Shown here piece by piece: positions 30,667-42,070 of a DNA stretch of 64,000 nucleotides. The first letter of the stretch is position 1. Every line of letters begins with the position of its first letter. Below the pieces are notes generated by a model. That model saw nothing but the letters and a program-made list of their open reading frames with translations. It was not told the origin of the DNA and made no database searches. Location: the NCBI GenBank assembly GCA_000165345.1, contig CM000436.1:64001-128000 (forward strand), in the 5' to 3' direction. The translations under genes were made by a program, and so were the position numbers.

Positions 30667-31227
30667 TCAGCTCTTTGGCTTATAATTAGAATATGGTTTA
30701 GAGCCAGAGTTAGAATCAGAATCAGAATCAGAATCAGAATCAGAATTTGAATTGGAATTTGAACCCGAACTAGAGCTTGAGTCAGAATCATTAGCTTTAG
30801 GGAGTTTAGATTTGGCAGTGATAAACTCTCTATAGTGCATTTTTCTTTTCTCTTTAAAAAGATCTTGCTTAGATTTATGAATTGGAGAAGATGTATTATT
30901 GTTAAAATTTGAAAATGAAAATTCATCTAAAGATTCATCAATTCGGTTGGAATGTTCAAATAATTTTGAAGAAAGTTCATTAAGATCTACAGAAAACTTC
31001 TGCCTAACTTTAGATTTCGTATTTGGTTCCTCGTAATCAGATGAACTTGAGCTACCATAATAATATGGGGTATCTGGTTCATTAATTTCCATTCTGGTAC
31101 CTCTCTCAGCATCATGCATGGCAATAGTTTCTTCGTCCCAAGTAATACATTTCGAGATTTTTACCTTATCTTCCTTCAAATGAATATTAAACTTCTCTTT
31201 TTCACTCATGGTTAATTTTCTTTTCAA
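30667..31227 (-). CDS. Protein phosphatase 1 inhibitor-2 (IPP-2/Glc8 family) with a C-terminal Ser/Asp dipeptide repeat.
   Basis: 186 aa. ITWDEETIAMHDAERGTRMEINEPDTPYYY parallels the I-2 KWDEMNILATYH..GLMKIDEPSTPY block. FKEKRKMHYREF parallels FEEKRKLHYNEG. Tail: SDSSSSSGSNSNSNSDSDSDSDSDSNSGS. Confidence 0.72.
   Translation of the reverse strand: MKRKLTMSEKEKFNIHLKEDKVKISKCITWDEETIAMHDAERGTRMEINEPDTPYYYGSSSSSDYEEPNTKSKVRQKFSVDLNELSSKLFEHSNRIDESLDEFSFSNFNNNTSSPIHKSKQDLFKEKRKMHYREFITAKSKLPKANDSDSSSSSGSNSNSNSDSDSDSDSDSNSGSKPYSNYKPKS
30706..30750. repeat. Hexanucleotide microsatellite (AGAATC)n, at least 6 units, encoding the (SD)n tail of the inhibitor-2 gene on the minus strand.
   Basis: Direct reading: gaatcagaatcagaatcagaatcagaatcagaatcagaatt. 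Confidence 0.9.
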
Positions 31228-31448
31228 AAATTTATTTAAATAATATATAAATCAAAGCAATTAAATTAAACATCCAAAGAAAGAATAATCTTGTATTGGT
31301 TCTAATAATAAAATACCAATAAAGTGGTTAAATTTCAGATCAATAGCTTTAAATGCTGAATTTTCTTGAACAAAATTCTTTCATGCATGTAATTGACTTT
31401 AATTTTTTATATTTATTCATCAGAAAATTATCAAGTCTTTTTTTTCGT

Positions 31449-31471
31449 ATACCGGTGCAGAGTGGCGGGCT
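31449..31471. promoter_or_regulatory. ATACCGGTGCAGAGTGGCGGGCT: a TACCGG box plus an E2F-like box about 230 bp upstream of the inhibitor-2 start (minus strand). A second E2F-like box AAAGGCGGGAAACC lies at 31858-31871.
   Basis: Direct match. Confidence 0.45.
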
Positions 31472-32294
31472 CATATTTAAAGATTTAAATTAATAAATTA
31501 ATGTCAATATTTCTAAAAGTAAATAAACTAAGAATTAAAATTTAATGTAAATTAAAATTCAATTATTTCATAAATCACAAATCATATCAAAGTTTGGAAT
31601 ATAATTATTGTTTTTGATCAATGTTATTATAAGCATACTAAATCTTATATATACTATAGTAAACAAATTCACAAATATGTATAAAGCAATTCAAATAAAA
31701 ATTTAACCTAAAAACTCAATTATTATTAATTACGGTTAAAGGAATAAAATTAACATTGGTGAGAAAATTAATTAAAAATTATAACAGCATGTATTTTGAT
31801 CACGAAAAAAATTTTTGCAGATATTTAATTTTATTATTTATTATTCGATACCTTTTGAAAGGCGGGAAACCTATCACGTCTCATCATTGTCTATAAATGT
31901 CTAATATTGTCTCAAAAAAAAAATACAATATGTTATATATAAATTGAATAAACAAGGGCAAATAAAATTATAAATATATAATTGAATAATAATAATAATA
32001 ATAATATTAAATATAATTGCCTTGAATAGTAATATATTTAAATATTTTAGCGGCGAATAAAGGAATACAATTTGACAACAAAAACAAGAATAATTGTTTC
32101 TAATAACAATTAAAAGTCCTCATAAATTTACGAGTGGAAGAAATTTTCAAGGTATAAGATTGACAAAGATTTATAAATCTGAGTTAATTTTGAGCCAGTT
32201 TTTAATAAGGGAAGAAGTACGTAAATAATATTTAAATTTATATATATACACATAACATCCATCGAGTTTAGTAATTAAATATTGAAAGGAAAAA

Positions 32295-32867
32295 ATGAAG
32301 GACATTTTCACTTATGAATCATTCCGTGTAATGGAAGGAACAACAGTTTCTGTTAAGTCTAGAACCGTTACTGTTACTGGAAAGTTTGGTCAAGTTACAA
32401 GATCTTTCAACCATTTACCGGTAGATATTAAGTTATGTGGTAATGGTAAGGTTGTTAGAATTGAAGTATGGTTCGGTACTCCACGCCATCAATCAGCTAT
32501 TAATACTGTCTGTTCAGCAATCAAGAACATGATGGTTGGTGTCATGAAGAAGTTTGAGTATAAGATGCGTCTTGTATATTCCCACTTTCCAATTAACTCA
32601 AATATCTTAAACAATGGCAGTTTGATTGAAATCAGAAACTTCTTGGGAGAGAAGAGGGTCAGAACTGTTAAGATGCTTCCAGGAGTTGTTGTTGAGAAAT
32701 CTAACTCTGTTAAGGACGAGTTAATCATTACAGGTACTGATTTAGAGCTTGTATCTCGTTCTGCTGCTTTGATTCACCAATGCGCTCTTGCAAGAAATAA
32801 AGATATACGTAAATTCCTTGACGGTATTTATGTTAGTGAAAAGGGTACCGTTGTTAAGGATGAGTAA
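32295..32867 (+). CDS. RPL9: 60S ribosomal protein L9 (uL6).
   Basis: 190 aa. Near-collinear with eukaryotic RPL9: FNHLPVDIKL, MRLVYSHFPIN, ENGSLIEIRNFLGEK, and DIRKFLDGIYVSEKGTVVKDE matching the RPL9 C-terminus. Confidence 0.93.
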   Translation: MKDIFTYESFRVMEGTTVSVKSRTVTVTGKFGQVTRSFNHLPVDIKLCGNGKVVRIEVWFGTPRHQSAINTVCSAIKNMMVGVMKKFEYKMRLVYSHFPINSNILNNGSLIEIRNFLGEKRVRTVKMLPGVVVEKSNSVKDELIITGTDLELVSRSAALIHQCALARNKDIRKFLDGIYVSEKGTVVKDE

Positions 32868-33553
32868 ATTAAGGTATTTAGAAGGAGGAAACATTGCACA
32901 ATATGGTGATTGTGAGGTTGATTATTACAAATTCATATTAATAACATGAAAGTATCCAAAACTAATAGAATAAAATATTAATAGGAAATATGCTATAAAT
33001 AAGTTTCTTCTTCCTAATGTTTTGCTTTCTTCTTTTGTAAATATTATTTCCTATAGATTACTAACTATTGGAAAAGGGAGGTATGAGTATTGCAGTAAGG
33101 GCATAGAGTTTAGGTTTAATATTCACAGCTACACTTTGATAATGAGCCATATAGTTTAGAGAAGCAATTTGACTAATAAGTACAAGTTATATAAAGGCAA
33201 AGATTTTCAAATATCTTCTCCCTATCATAATTTGCTCAATATTCTGTATAATCCTTGTGTTAATTATAAATTGTTTATTGATCCCTGGCATGAAAAGTTT
33301 TGAATTATTGTAATTAATTAATTTTTCAAAGTAAGAGGAACCTTGCGAGATTCTAATAACTCTAAAAGCAATAATAATACAATTTCAAAGAATATTCAAT
33401 TCATCTATATGTAACTTATTCACAGTACACAAAATTATTATCTTATAATTAAAGGATTTATTTTTTTAAAAGAATGTTTTTTTCTTCCAATCCTCCCCCC
33501 TAAAGTTATTCCTATACCGGCATTAAGTACCGACACATAATGTCAACTAGACT

Positions 33554-33563
33554 TTGGCGCCAT
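33554..33563. promoter_or_regulatory. E2F-like palindromic box TTTGGCGCCA about 130 bp upstream of the 905-aa gene. ATACCGGCATTA box at 33514-33525.
   Basis: Direct match. Confidence 0.5.
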
Positions 33564-33686
33564 CTATTTTTGAAAAATAAGATTTTTTAATAGAAGAAAA
33601 AAAATATATTAAGAAAAACTTCAGCAAGAATTATTACATTTAAAGTAATATAAAGGGAAACTAGTAACATAACCAATCAATAGAGG

Positions 33687-36404
33687 ATGAGGTTTATGCT
33701 GAATGATTCCCAGTTCCAGAATTTAGGATCGATTATTAAAGATGTTAATAATTCCAGAGGTTTAGATTGTAATACAACATCTATCTGTCAAATTTCAGAC
33801 ATTTTATTTGTAGAATCTGAAGAATCTACTACTCCTAATAAATGCAACTGTAATCCAGAAGTAAATAATAATAATAATAATGATAATGATGATACTGAAG
33901 AATTTTCTTATTGTGAAGAAAAAGCCTTGTTAATTAAAGCTGGTTTCTCTGCCTGTATTAGAGCTTTTACTTTTGAAGGATTTTCTTCCCAAAATACTAT
34001 TGCAAAAGTAATTCGAATCTTTAGAAGGCTATTAAAAGGTGCTTCTATTATTAATATAAATTGCAATATCCATAAAGAAATGTTACAAGGATTAAGTGTG
34101 ATCTTCGGTATGATACCAGATTTCAATATTTTCAAAGTACTTCAAGCTCCTCTTAAAAACTATTTGTTTTGGTGTTATTCACAATCCGAAGATGATTTTG
34201 TTATTAATAATTCTAGAATTCTTCTTTGTGCTATTACTTGGATGAGGGAAGTTTCTTCTGGTAATAATAGTAATAATAATGATAATAACAATAGTAATAT
34301 TAACAATTATAATTCTAATAATAATGGACCAAAATATGGACTCACATTATTAAGTCAAGATTTACTTAACTTTCTAATTTCTGATATAAATATTTCAACA
34401 GAGCAGTTCCAACAAGAATCTAAACTTACTTTGAACAATCCAAATTCTTCTATTTTAGAACTTAAAAAAAGAATTCTTCGAAACCTTGAATTATTCTCTA
34501 ATCTTATCATATATTCTGGATTTTATCTTCCACCAAATTCCAATATATCAATTAACAGCCAGAATCTTTTTAATACCGGTGGGAATTTAGAAAATACATG
34601 CAAAAAAGAGGCGGGGAATTTTGTTACCACGCTGATTACTCCTCAAATTATGCAGGTTTTAAGTAATTTAAGAATAATTATTTTAGAAGAGGTATATAAA
34701 GTAGTTGATGAGTTTGTAAGTATTCATTTGGAAAGAGCTGAATCAGATCTTAATATTAATTCAAATGACAAAGTTAAGGAAAATTCAAAAGTTAAGCCAA
34801 AGTCAAAAGCCATTAATGATTCGGATTTAAGTAATGAATATGATAATAATAAATCAACCCAGTTAATTAAGGTTAAAGTATTGACTTGGATAATTTCTGA
34901 TATATTCGATATAAGGAATAATAGCAATAAGTTAAAGAATAAAGAAAATTCATATTCAACTTTATTCAACATAGGTAATAATAGTATTGAATCCAAACAT
35001 GAGTTATTCAATAAAGTGGAGTATATATTAATGCTTTCAAGTCTTCACCAAGACATCCTTGAAAATATGTTAAAAGTTTCAGGAAAAACCGGTTTGGTTG
35101 TTTATTCCCACATGATCCAAGAATATTTAATCTCAATCTTCTCATTAGAATATGTTCCTTCAACTTATTACAAATTCCAAAATGCTGAGATTTCTCAGTT
35201 TTTATTCAAAAATTATTACTCTAGTATTCTTTTTGGATTTGGTTTAATTCCAGAAACTAGATTCAATGATTTTGATTTCCAGATCTTTTTAACTTTCAAT
35301 GCAAGTATGAAGATATTGGAGTATTTTGAGAAGCTTTTCCAAGAAATATTAACTATTCAGGAATTCTCTATTGAATTAATAAATTTCAATTCGTCTCTAA
35401 ATAATAGCCATGAAAGTTATATACATTTTTCGACCTTAAAAGATATAATTACCATTAAATCACAAAGTCAAAAACTTCTCTCTCTTATAGAAACTTTTTG
35501 TCTTGCTAATAATGTAATTTTGGGTCTTAGATATACCAGAGTTGCTAAAGATTTTAGGCAAAAGAACCCATGCTTATCCTTGGATGGAATAATTAATAAA
35601 TATCATATTTCAAGTTCAAATGTTTTATACAATTTAATTATTAAGAATTGCCAATTATTCAATTTGAATCCTCTTGGAATTCAAAATTTAATAAATTCAG
35701 ATCCTCAAATTAAAAAGATTTTTATTAATTTGACTTATTGTATAGCAAATACTATTTCTGAATACTACCAAGACTCTGAAATAATTGCAAATCTTGCAGT
35801 TTTTAGTAATATTAATCAAATCTTGGACTGTCTATTATTCAATCTGGATTATAATATAAGAGATGAGAGATTTGAACCAATTTTCAAGTTCTTTAGGTCG
35901 AAAATTTATTTAGATTCTTTTTCAAATGATAAAGATAATGATGAAGCATGCTTCAATTCAAAAAATCTCAACAATATTCTTCTTAGTGCATCTTCTTATG
36001 ATTATTCCAAGAAAGAACTGCTTTATTTAGACTATAATGATAAGGACTTTAGTTCTGAGCCAGATAACAAATTAGAATCTGTGGATATAGATTCATTGCC
36101 TCAAGAACAACCAAATTATTTAGAACATCCTATTACTGTTTCTTCATCACCTTCATCTCCATCATCTCAAGTTGAAGAATCCAAAGAATTTGAAATGACT
36201 TCTTCCATGGATTTAGAAGAAGTTATGAAATCCGAATCTGAGACTGAATCTAAATCTGAAACTGACTCTGAATCTGAGTCTGAACCCGAGTCTGAGTTTA
36301 ATAATTTGAAACATGATGAAAACTCTAAAAAAGAGTCGTTGGATATGGATAATATTGATTTTAGTATGAATTTGGAGCCTTCCTCTGGAGAAGATGAAGA
36401 CTAA
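33687..36404 (+). CDS. Hypothetical Asn-rich low-complexity protein (905 aa) with an acidic Ser/Glu-repeat C-terminal tail.
   Basis: Long ORF with ATG. Poly-N tracts (AAT runs at about 33840-33900 and 34260-34330). Tail SESETESKSETDSESESEPESE (GAATCTGA-type repeats at about 36230-36300). Confidence 0.55.
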   Translation: MRFMLNDSQFQNLGSIIKDVNNSRGLDCNTTSICQISDILFVESEESTTPNKCNCNPEVNNNNNNDNDDTEEFSYCEEKALLIKAGFSACIRAFTFEGFSSQNTIAKVIRIFRRLLKGASIININCNIHKEMLQGLSVIFGMIPDFNIFKVLQAPLKNYLFWCYSQSEDDFVINNSRILLCAITWMREVSSGNNSNNNDNNNSNINNYNSNNNGPKYGLTLLSQDLLNFLISDINISTEQFQQESKLTLNNPNSSILELKKRILRNLELFSNLIIYSGFYLPPNSNISINSQNLFNTGGNLENTCKKEAGNFVTTLITPQIMQVLSNLRIIILEEVYKVVDEFVSIHLERAESDLNINSNDKVKENSKVKPKSKAINDSDLSNEYDNNKSTQLIKVKVLTWIISDIFDIRNNSNKLKNKENSYSTLFNIGNNSIESKHELFNKVEYILMLSSLHQDILENMLKVSGKTGLVVYSHMIQEYLISIFSLEYVPSTYYKFQNAEISQFLFKNYYSSILFGFGLIPETRFNDFDFQIFLTFNASMKILEYFEKLFQEILTIQEFSIELINFNSSLNNSHESYIHFSTLKDIITIKSQSQKLLSLIETFCLANNVILGLRYTRVAKDFRQKNPCLSLDGIINKYHISSSNVLYNLIIKNCQLFNLNPLGIQNLINSDPQIKKIFINLTYCIANTISEYYQDSEIIANLAVFSNINQILDCLLFNLDYNIRDERFEPIFKFFRSKIYLDSFSNDKDNDEACFNSKNLNNILLSASSYDYSKKELLYLDYNDKDFSSEPDNKLESVDIDSLPQEQPNYLEHPITVSSSPSSPSSQVEESKEFEMTSSMDLEEVMKSESETESKSETDSESESEPESEFNNLKHDENSKKESLDMDNIDFSMNLEPSSGEDED

Positions 36405-36537
36405 TTAAGCCAAATTGCAAGTTTCTCTTGAGTAATAGCTGCCTGAATTTAAATTCATATATTTTATAGGTATCCATTTATTTATTTTTTTTTTTAACGA
36501 AATAAATAATCACTAACTTTTTCATTAATCCCCAATT

Positions 36538-39500
36538 TTATGTTGTTATCTTTACGAGATTTTGAACAATTTCATTCCATTCACTTATATTCACTTGCAT
36601 TGTATTGTTCTGACTCTTAACCATCCTTAACACAGAGTCCTGTCCAGCAGATGGAACTTTAAGTAACATCTTTCCAATCTTTTTGTTTATATAAGTATCT
36701 CCTGAGTTATTAGATATATTTTCTTCCGTTAATTTCCCTGTTTCAGATATTAATCCTTGCAAAGAAGTTTTCATTATATGCAATTTATACTTGAGCTTTG
36801 ACTCTTTTTTTGTGTATTCTTCCCACTCCTTTTCGAATGATGAGGTTCCTTCTGATCCTTTGTTATTCATAATTGGCATTGAACACCTGTGAAGCATAAT
36901 TTGTCTCTTTAGCTCTTTAAACTCTTCGAATAAAGTCAATATATCTGTATAGTCGTTCTCATCATCCTTGAGCTCGTCAAAATAATTGCATTTCAAATTA
37001 TCATTTTCTTGGCAATGACTTTCGTTTTGTGGATTTAAATCATAATCCATATTCTCGCCTTTATCCTTTTCTTCTTTATTCTCTTCTTTTGCTTCATCCC
37101 TTTCTTTTTCCTTTTGTTTCTCTTCTCTCTTCCTTTCCCTTTCCAGAATCCTTAATGCGATTTTATCCAATGAATTCTTTGAGCGAATTTGGCCCAACAT
37201 AATCTTTTGTGAATAATTTGACTTCAATATTCTATTTGGATCTTCCTTTGCTATTTTCTCGTTCCACCTATTCATTTCTAACTCATATAACTTATTGCTC
37301 ATTAATCTGATTAACCGTCTTAAATATACTGGTTCCAACACATCCAACTCACTATATGCCTTTATCTTTGGAATATTATGCAAATTCTCCAAATCACGCC
37401 TCAAATGATCAGAATCAATTTTCATTTGCCTCACAGTATCTTCATATTTCTTTACACGTTCTCGACTCATTCTCATCTCAAGCTCCTGCTCTTCTATTCT
37501 ATGCATAAGTAGCTGCTTATGATCATGAAGTTTCTTATATTCATCCTGCATTGCTTCAAATGAAGAATATGCTACCTCTTTTTCGGTTAACTCTTTTTTT
37601 AAAGACTGAATCTTCTCATTCAATAATTTGATTGAATTTTCATATCTTGCCTTCTTTGGACTATCCGAATTAACTGTATTAATCAGCTTTGAATCAGCAA
37701 TCTCTACCATTCCAACTGGCCCTGAATCCATATCGACTAAATCTAGCCCTCGAGCTTCAACTGAATCCTCTGTAACTCCTCTCCCTTCTTTGTTTTGGCC
37801 TATTAATGAGTTAGTTCTATTATTATCATTCGCATCTCCATCCAATTCAATTTGGTCATCCGTGCTCAATATCAATTTTTGTAGCTTGTTTGAAATAATG
37901 ACTTCAGGAAGGGAGTCCATACTAATAGTAGTTTTAGAATTTTCTATTTCCAATTCCATGTGAATAGGGTTCAAAAATTCATCTAAATTTGCATCAATTT
38001 CTTGAATCGATTTAAATAACTTATCCACAGATTCTGTTATATTGACTCCATGATTTTCTCCTGGATTATGTATTGTTTCATAAATTTCATTTTGTTTAAT
38101 TATCATTTCTTCAAAATATGTCTTAAGTGCTCCACTTTTACTTTGGTCTAGTATTCTAATCCAATATAGTCCATTCCATAAATATAGCCTATCATCAATT
38201 GGATAATGGATCCCATTCAAACTCAAGTTTCCACATTTTGAGTAAAATTTTTCTGATATTTCTAGCGACTTTTTATATATTTCATCCAAATTTTTTTCTT
38301 GTACTGATTTTATATTTAATCTTAGCAGAATTGATAGTGAAATATTAATATTCATTATTGCGTCCACACAGCACACTGGCAATAATTCTATACCGGCGTT
38401 TTTATTGTCAATATTTTCATGTGGACATGCATTCACAATTTTTGCATGTAGGAGATTTTTAAATTCTTTAATTTCTTCATAAGTAATATTTTGATTTAAA
38501 TTATCATTCAAGGTATCTTGGGATACATTATCAGTCCATTTCAAAATTGCCTTTATTTCAGGAAGAGATGGGAGTTGAGCAATTTGAGAGTTTTGTAGGC
38601 CGGATTCATCTTTATTTAATGATTCTTTAGATGACTTGTACTTGGAAAAATCTCTTATGCTCATTATGAATGAACCTAAATCTAAGATTAGAAAGCCTAT
38701 TTCAATTGTGAGATTACAAACCCATTGTATAATTCCTGTAATTTCTCCTCCATTTGTCATGTTAGGTATATCATGAATCTGTAAATACCTTAGAGCTTTA
38801 TATTGGAAATACTGTAAAAGTATATTGAACTTGCAGAACAAGTCGTATAAGCCCAAAATTCTGTTAATATAGTCAGAGTAAGCAGAGCATGCATCTGAAG
38901 TTGAAACATTCTTGTTTAGTAGCAAATCATTTAAATAGTTACTATTTATTTCACTTTCTTGTCCTTTTAAGTTAAAAGATAGCTCCAAAAGCTCACATTT
39001 TCTTTGGAGTGATTTTTCTTGGCAGTTACTCCAAATAATACCAAATTCATATTCTAAAGGATTCATAATTTCTTTATTCGAATCGTCATTTAAGCTGCTT
39101 TTTTTATTAATTTGGTTCAATATTCCGTTTTGTCTTCCAATATTGTTGTACAAAAACCTTCCTCTAAAGTTATCCACAATTAAAGCTAAATGGCGAATTA
39201 GTGATTGTTGATTATCTATTTTACTAGTGTAGTTTGATATTTTCTTTTGGGTATTTTCGGAAATTGTTTTCAATGCTGTTATGTACTTTTTGTTATCTTC
39301 TTCTAATTTCCGTATTCTATTGTTTAATTCAACCTCTATTTGCTTTGACTGTTTCAAGAGCTGCTGATCTATCTGAATTAATTCTTCATACGAAATTAGC
39401 TTACTATTATTCTCTCTATTTAAAATTTCTTGCTTCTTTGTCTTTTCAAAGAATTTGTCCATTTCCTCCTTCATATTATCTATTGATTTATTTTTCTTAG

Positions 39501-39810
39501 AAATCTGATCTACTAACAATTTTACATATCCTTTCCACTTTGCATTGCTTTCCAAAACCTTCTCATTTATCTTTTTTATTTCCTCATCCTTAACTTGCAC
39601 CATTTGCATACTGTAATTTATGGCACCATCCATATCATCTATCAACTTTTTAAAATCATCAATCATAGTTTCATCTTTATTCCCTTCTTTTAATTGCTTA
39701 TTTTCTGTTTCTAGCTCTTTAATTCTCGCCAAGAGTTTGTTTTTCTCATCATTCTCATCTTCCAATGTTTTCCCAATATGGGAATTTGGATCCTCTTCAT
39801 TAATACTCAT
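36538..39810 (-). CDS. Large coiled-coil protein (1090 aa), hypothetical.
   Basis: Long ORF with ATG. Extended KE/Q-rich heptad segments at both ends (KNKLLARIKELETENKQLKEG..., LNEKIQSLKKELTEKE...). Central non-coiled region. Confidence 0.6.
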   Translation of the reverse strand: MSINEEDPNSHIGKTLEDENDEKNKLLARIKELETENKQLKEGNKDETMIDDFKKLIDDMDGAINYSMQMVQVKDEEIKKINEKVLESNAKWKGYVKLLVDQISKKNKSIDNMKEEMDKFFEKTKKQEILNRENNSKLISYEELIQIDQQLLKQSKQIEVELNNRIRKLEEDNKKYITALKTISENTQKKISNYTSKIDNQQSLIRHLALIVDNFRGRFLYNNIGRQNGILNQINKKSSLNDDSNKEIMNPLEYEFGIIWSNCQEKSLQRKCELLELSFNLKGQESEINSNYLNDLLLNKNVSTSDACSAYSDYINRILGLYDLFCKFNILLQYFQYKALRYLQIHDIPNMTNGGEITGIIQWVCNLTIEIGFLILDLGSFIMSIRDFSKYKSSKESLNKDESGLQNSQIAQLPSLPEIKAILKWTDNVSQDTLNDNLNQNITYEEIKEFKNLLHAKIVNACPHENIDNKNAGIELLPVCCVDAIMNINISLSILLRLNIKSVQEKNLDEIYKKSLEISEKFYSKCGNLSLNGIHYPIDDRLYLWNGLYWIRILDQSKSGALKTYFEEMIIKQNEIYETIHNPGENHGVNITESVDKLFKSIQEIDANLDEFLNPIHMELEIENSKTTISMDSLPEVIISNKLQKLILSTDDQIELDGDANDNNRTNSLIGQNKEGRGVTEDSVEARGLDLVDMDSGPVGMVEIADSKLINTVNSDSPKKARYENSIKLLNEKIQSLKKELTEKEVAYSSFEAMQDEYKKLHDHKQLLMHRIEEQELEMRMSRERVKKYEDTVRQMKIDSDHLRRDLENLHNIPKIKAYSELDVLEPVYLRRLIRLMSNKLYELEMNRWNEKIAKEDPNRILKSNYSQKIMLGQIRSKNSLDKIALRILERERKREEKQKEKERDEAKEENKEEKDKGENMDYDLNPQNESHCQENDNLKCNYFDELKDDENDYTDILTLFEEFKELKRQIMLHRCSMPIMNNKGSEGTSSFEKEWEEYTKKESKLKYKLHIMKTSLQGLISETGKLTEENISNNSGDTYINKKIGKMLLKVPSAGQDSVLRMVKSQNNTMQVNISEWNEIVQNLVKITT

Positions 39811-40000
39811 ATCTTTGAACTTTTTTTTAAAATACTCTTTCTATATTTTAGTTAAGCCTATCCATCAACACACGTCTAAATGAGCATTTCTTTCTTTCTA
39901 AATTATTCTCAATAATTGTTATTATCGCAAAATTTACCTTTCTACGTTAATTTAGTTTATTAATTTCCAATTAATCTGTGGGAACCATTTACATGCACAT

Positions 40001-40057
40001 GCCCGCCACATATTTGGCGGTAAACATATGAGATGGCCAACTCCGTGATTGGCGCCT
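40001..40057. promoter_or_regulatory. Cluster of three E2F-like boxes (GCCCGCCACATATTTGGCGGTAAAC ... GATTGGCGCCTAT) 190-250 bp upstream of the coiled-coil gene. GCATGC box at 40094-40101.
   Basis: Direct match. Confidence 0.5.
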
Positions 40058-40384
40058 ATATGTCGGTACCACGGCAAGCAAGGTTGACGAGTGCATGCAA
40101 TATCAGAGACAATAGTTGCAACAAAAACAACAGAAAAAATGAACAAAGGATAGAAAACTAATAATTAAAGTGAATAATAATAATAATAACAATGACAATT
40201 ATATTATTTAAAAGTTTCAAATGATACATAATGCTATCGCGTAAATTCCAGATAGAGATTTTAATCTTCCTCTTGTTAAGAATAAGTCAGAAAAATACAT
40301 TGACAGCTCTCCGTCTTCATTTTTTTTATCATTCAACCTTGTCAAAATTATTTGTTTTATTATAAAATTTCAGCCCAAATTAAA

Positions 40385-41164
40385 TTAGGCAACAAGACCA
40401 ACCTTCTTTGCCTGTTCCATAGCAAGGATTTTCTCTCTTCTCTTGATAACATGTTGTGCCTTAACACCCATGATTCCACCTCCCCATTTTCTTCTCAATT
40501 CAACATTATCGTTATACTGAGCTCTAAAGTTGTTGCAGAGTAAGTCGAATTCGGCTTGATCTTCCTTTCTAACACCCTCGATTGCTACAACAGCAGCAGT
40601 CTTCTTACCAATTAATTTTCCAAGTCTGGCCTTTCCACCGATGATACAGAAGGCAACATCCTTTCTTCTGCATAAAGCTGGTAGGAAACATACAATTTCA
40701 ATTGGATCAACATCAGAAGCAATTACTACAAGCTTAGCCTTCTTCATTTCAACGAGGTCTGTTACATGGTTTACACCATACTTGAGGAATAATGGCTTCT
40801 TGCTCTCAGTTGTTTCACCAGCTGCTGCCTTCTTAGCTTCCTCCTGGAGTCTAGCCTTCTTCTCAGCACGAGTCTCTGGCTTGTACTTACCCATTAAACG
40901 GAGTAACTGGGATGATTGGTTCTTATCCAAAGTGCAAGTGAATTGGTTCAAAGTTGGTGGAACCTTTAAGCGTCTCATCAAAGTACTCTTTTGACGTTGT
41001 AATAAAATGTAACGTGGATAACGTACATAACGAGTTAAATCAGTCTTTGGACGGATATCACCTCCAAGTCTAAAGTTTCTTGAGGTCTTTTCGATCAAAG
41101 GATGACGAACCTTTTGAGTACTTGTGTTTTTCTTGTTTTGTCCTGATTTGTTTGATGCTACCAT
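40385..41164 (-). CDS. RPL7A: 60S ribosomal protein L7a (eL8).
   Basis: 259 aa. Typical eL8 sequence throughout ([37 protein letters not shown] pattern). L7Ae fold motifs VVIASDVDPIEIV and ALCRRKDV. Confidence 0.92.
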   Translation of the reverse strand: MVASNKSGQNKKNTSTQKVRHPLIEKTSRNFRLGGDIRPKTDLTRYVRYPRYILLQRQKSTLMRRLKVPPTLNQFTCTLDKNQSSQLLRLMGKYKPETRAEKKARLQEEAKKAAAGETTESKKPLFLKYGVNHVTDLVEMKKAKLVVIASDVDPIEIVCFLPALCRRKDVAFCIIGGKARLGKLIGKKTAAVVAIEGVRKEDQAEFDLLCNNFRAQYNDNVELRRKWGGGIMGVKAQHVIKRREKILAMEQAKKVGLVA

Positions 41165-41862
41165 CTTTACTAATTCTTATTTCTCCTAAATATCGTCAAA
41201 TTCCTGATACCTTTCCAGTTAATAAGTTTTTTGAGGATATAAAAAAAATGTTCTCCAGTAAAGCTATTTTTAACTTTTAAAAAAACAGCAACTTCTTGTT
41301 TCTTCTTCTTCGACCTTAATTTAATAACCTTTTACAATTAATATTCAGATTATTACACCGCCTATTTAATTTACTTAGTCCAAGGTATGTTGTTTTGTAT
41401 ATAATTTATATATAAAAGAGACGCCAAATACTAAAAATTAATATATAACTATTTAAAATGTTTTTGAGACGTTTAATAAATTTATGCTTAATTTTAATTT
41501 TTCAATTATAATTATTAAATTAATGTTAACCTAAAAATATAAATATATATTTATTCATTTATTCATTAATTTATATATAAAATATAAATACAATTATTTT
41601 TGACCTTAACCTTTATAATATACCGGCAAAAAAATGTCGTCTCGTCTCCCAATTATATTATACATGTCTCAATTAGAAAAAAAATTATAAATTAACTTAT
41701 GACTACAAGTATAAATACCATTGAGACAGAAGTTTGTTTAAAATATTTATTGACAATATCATTATTAATTAATTTAAGCTTGAATAAATTTTAAAGTATT
41801 TAAGTTTATTTAATAAAATTTAATATACAATATATTTATTAATTACCAATTATAGTATTATT

Positions 41863-41875
41863 TTTTGGCGGCAAA
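41863..41875. promoter_or_regulatory. E2F-like box TTTTGGCGGCAAA about 200 bp upstream of RPL5, in the 900-bp AT-rich L7a/L5 divergent spacer. The spacer also carries GAGACG/CGTCTC boxes at about 41463, 41636-41650 and 41723.
   Basis: Direct match. Confidence 0.45.
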
Positions 41876-42070
41876 CTGATTAATTACTTAAACAATAATA
41901 ATCAATAAATAGTAATTAAAGATTAAATTTGACAATTATAAGTAACTATTAATAATAAGTTTTCCACAAATAATTAAAAAAAGCAAAAGCTGAAAAAACA
42001 AAAAGATCTTTATTTTGGTTTTTAAGGCAAAAAGCATTAGGCATTTTTATTAGTATCTTATATTAAAAAT

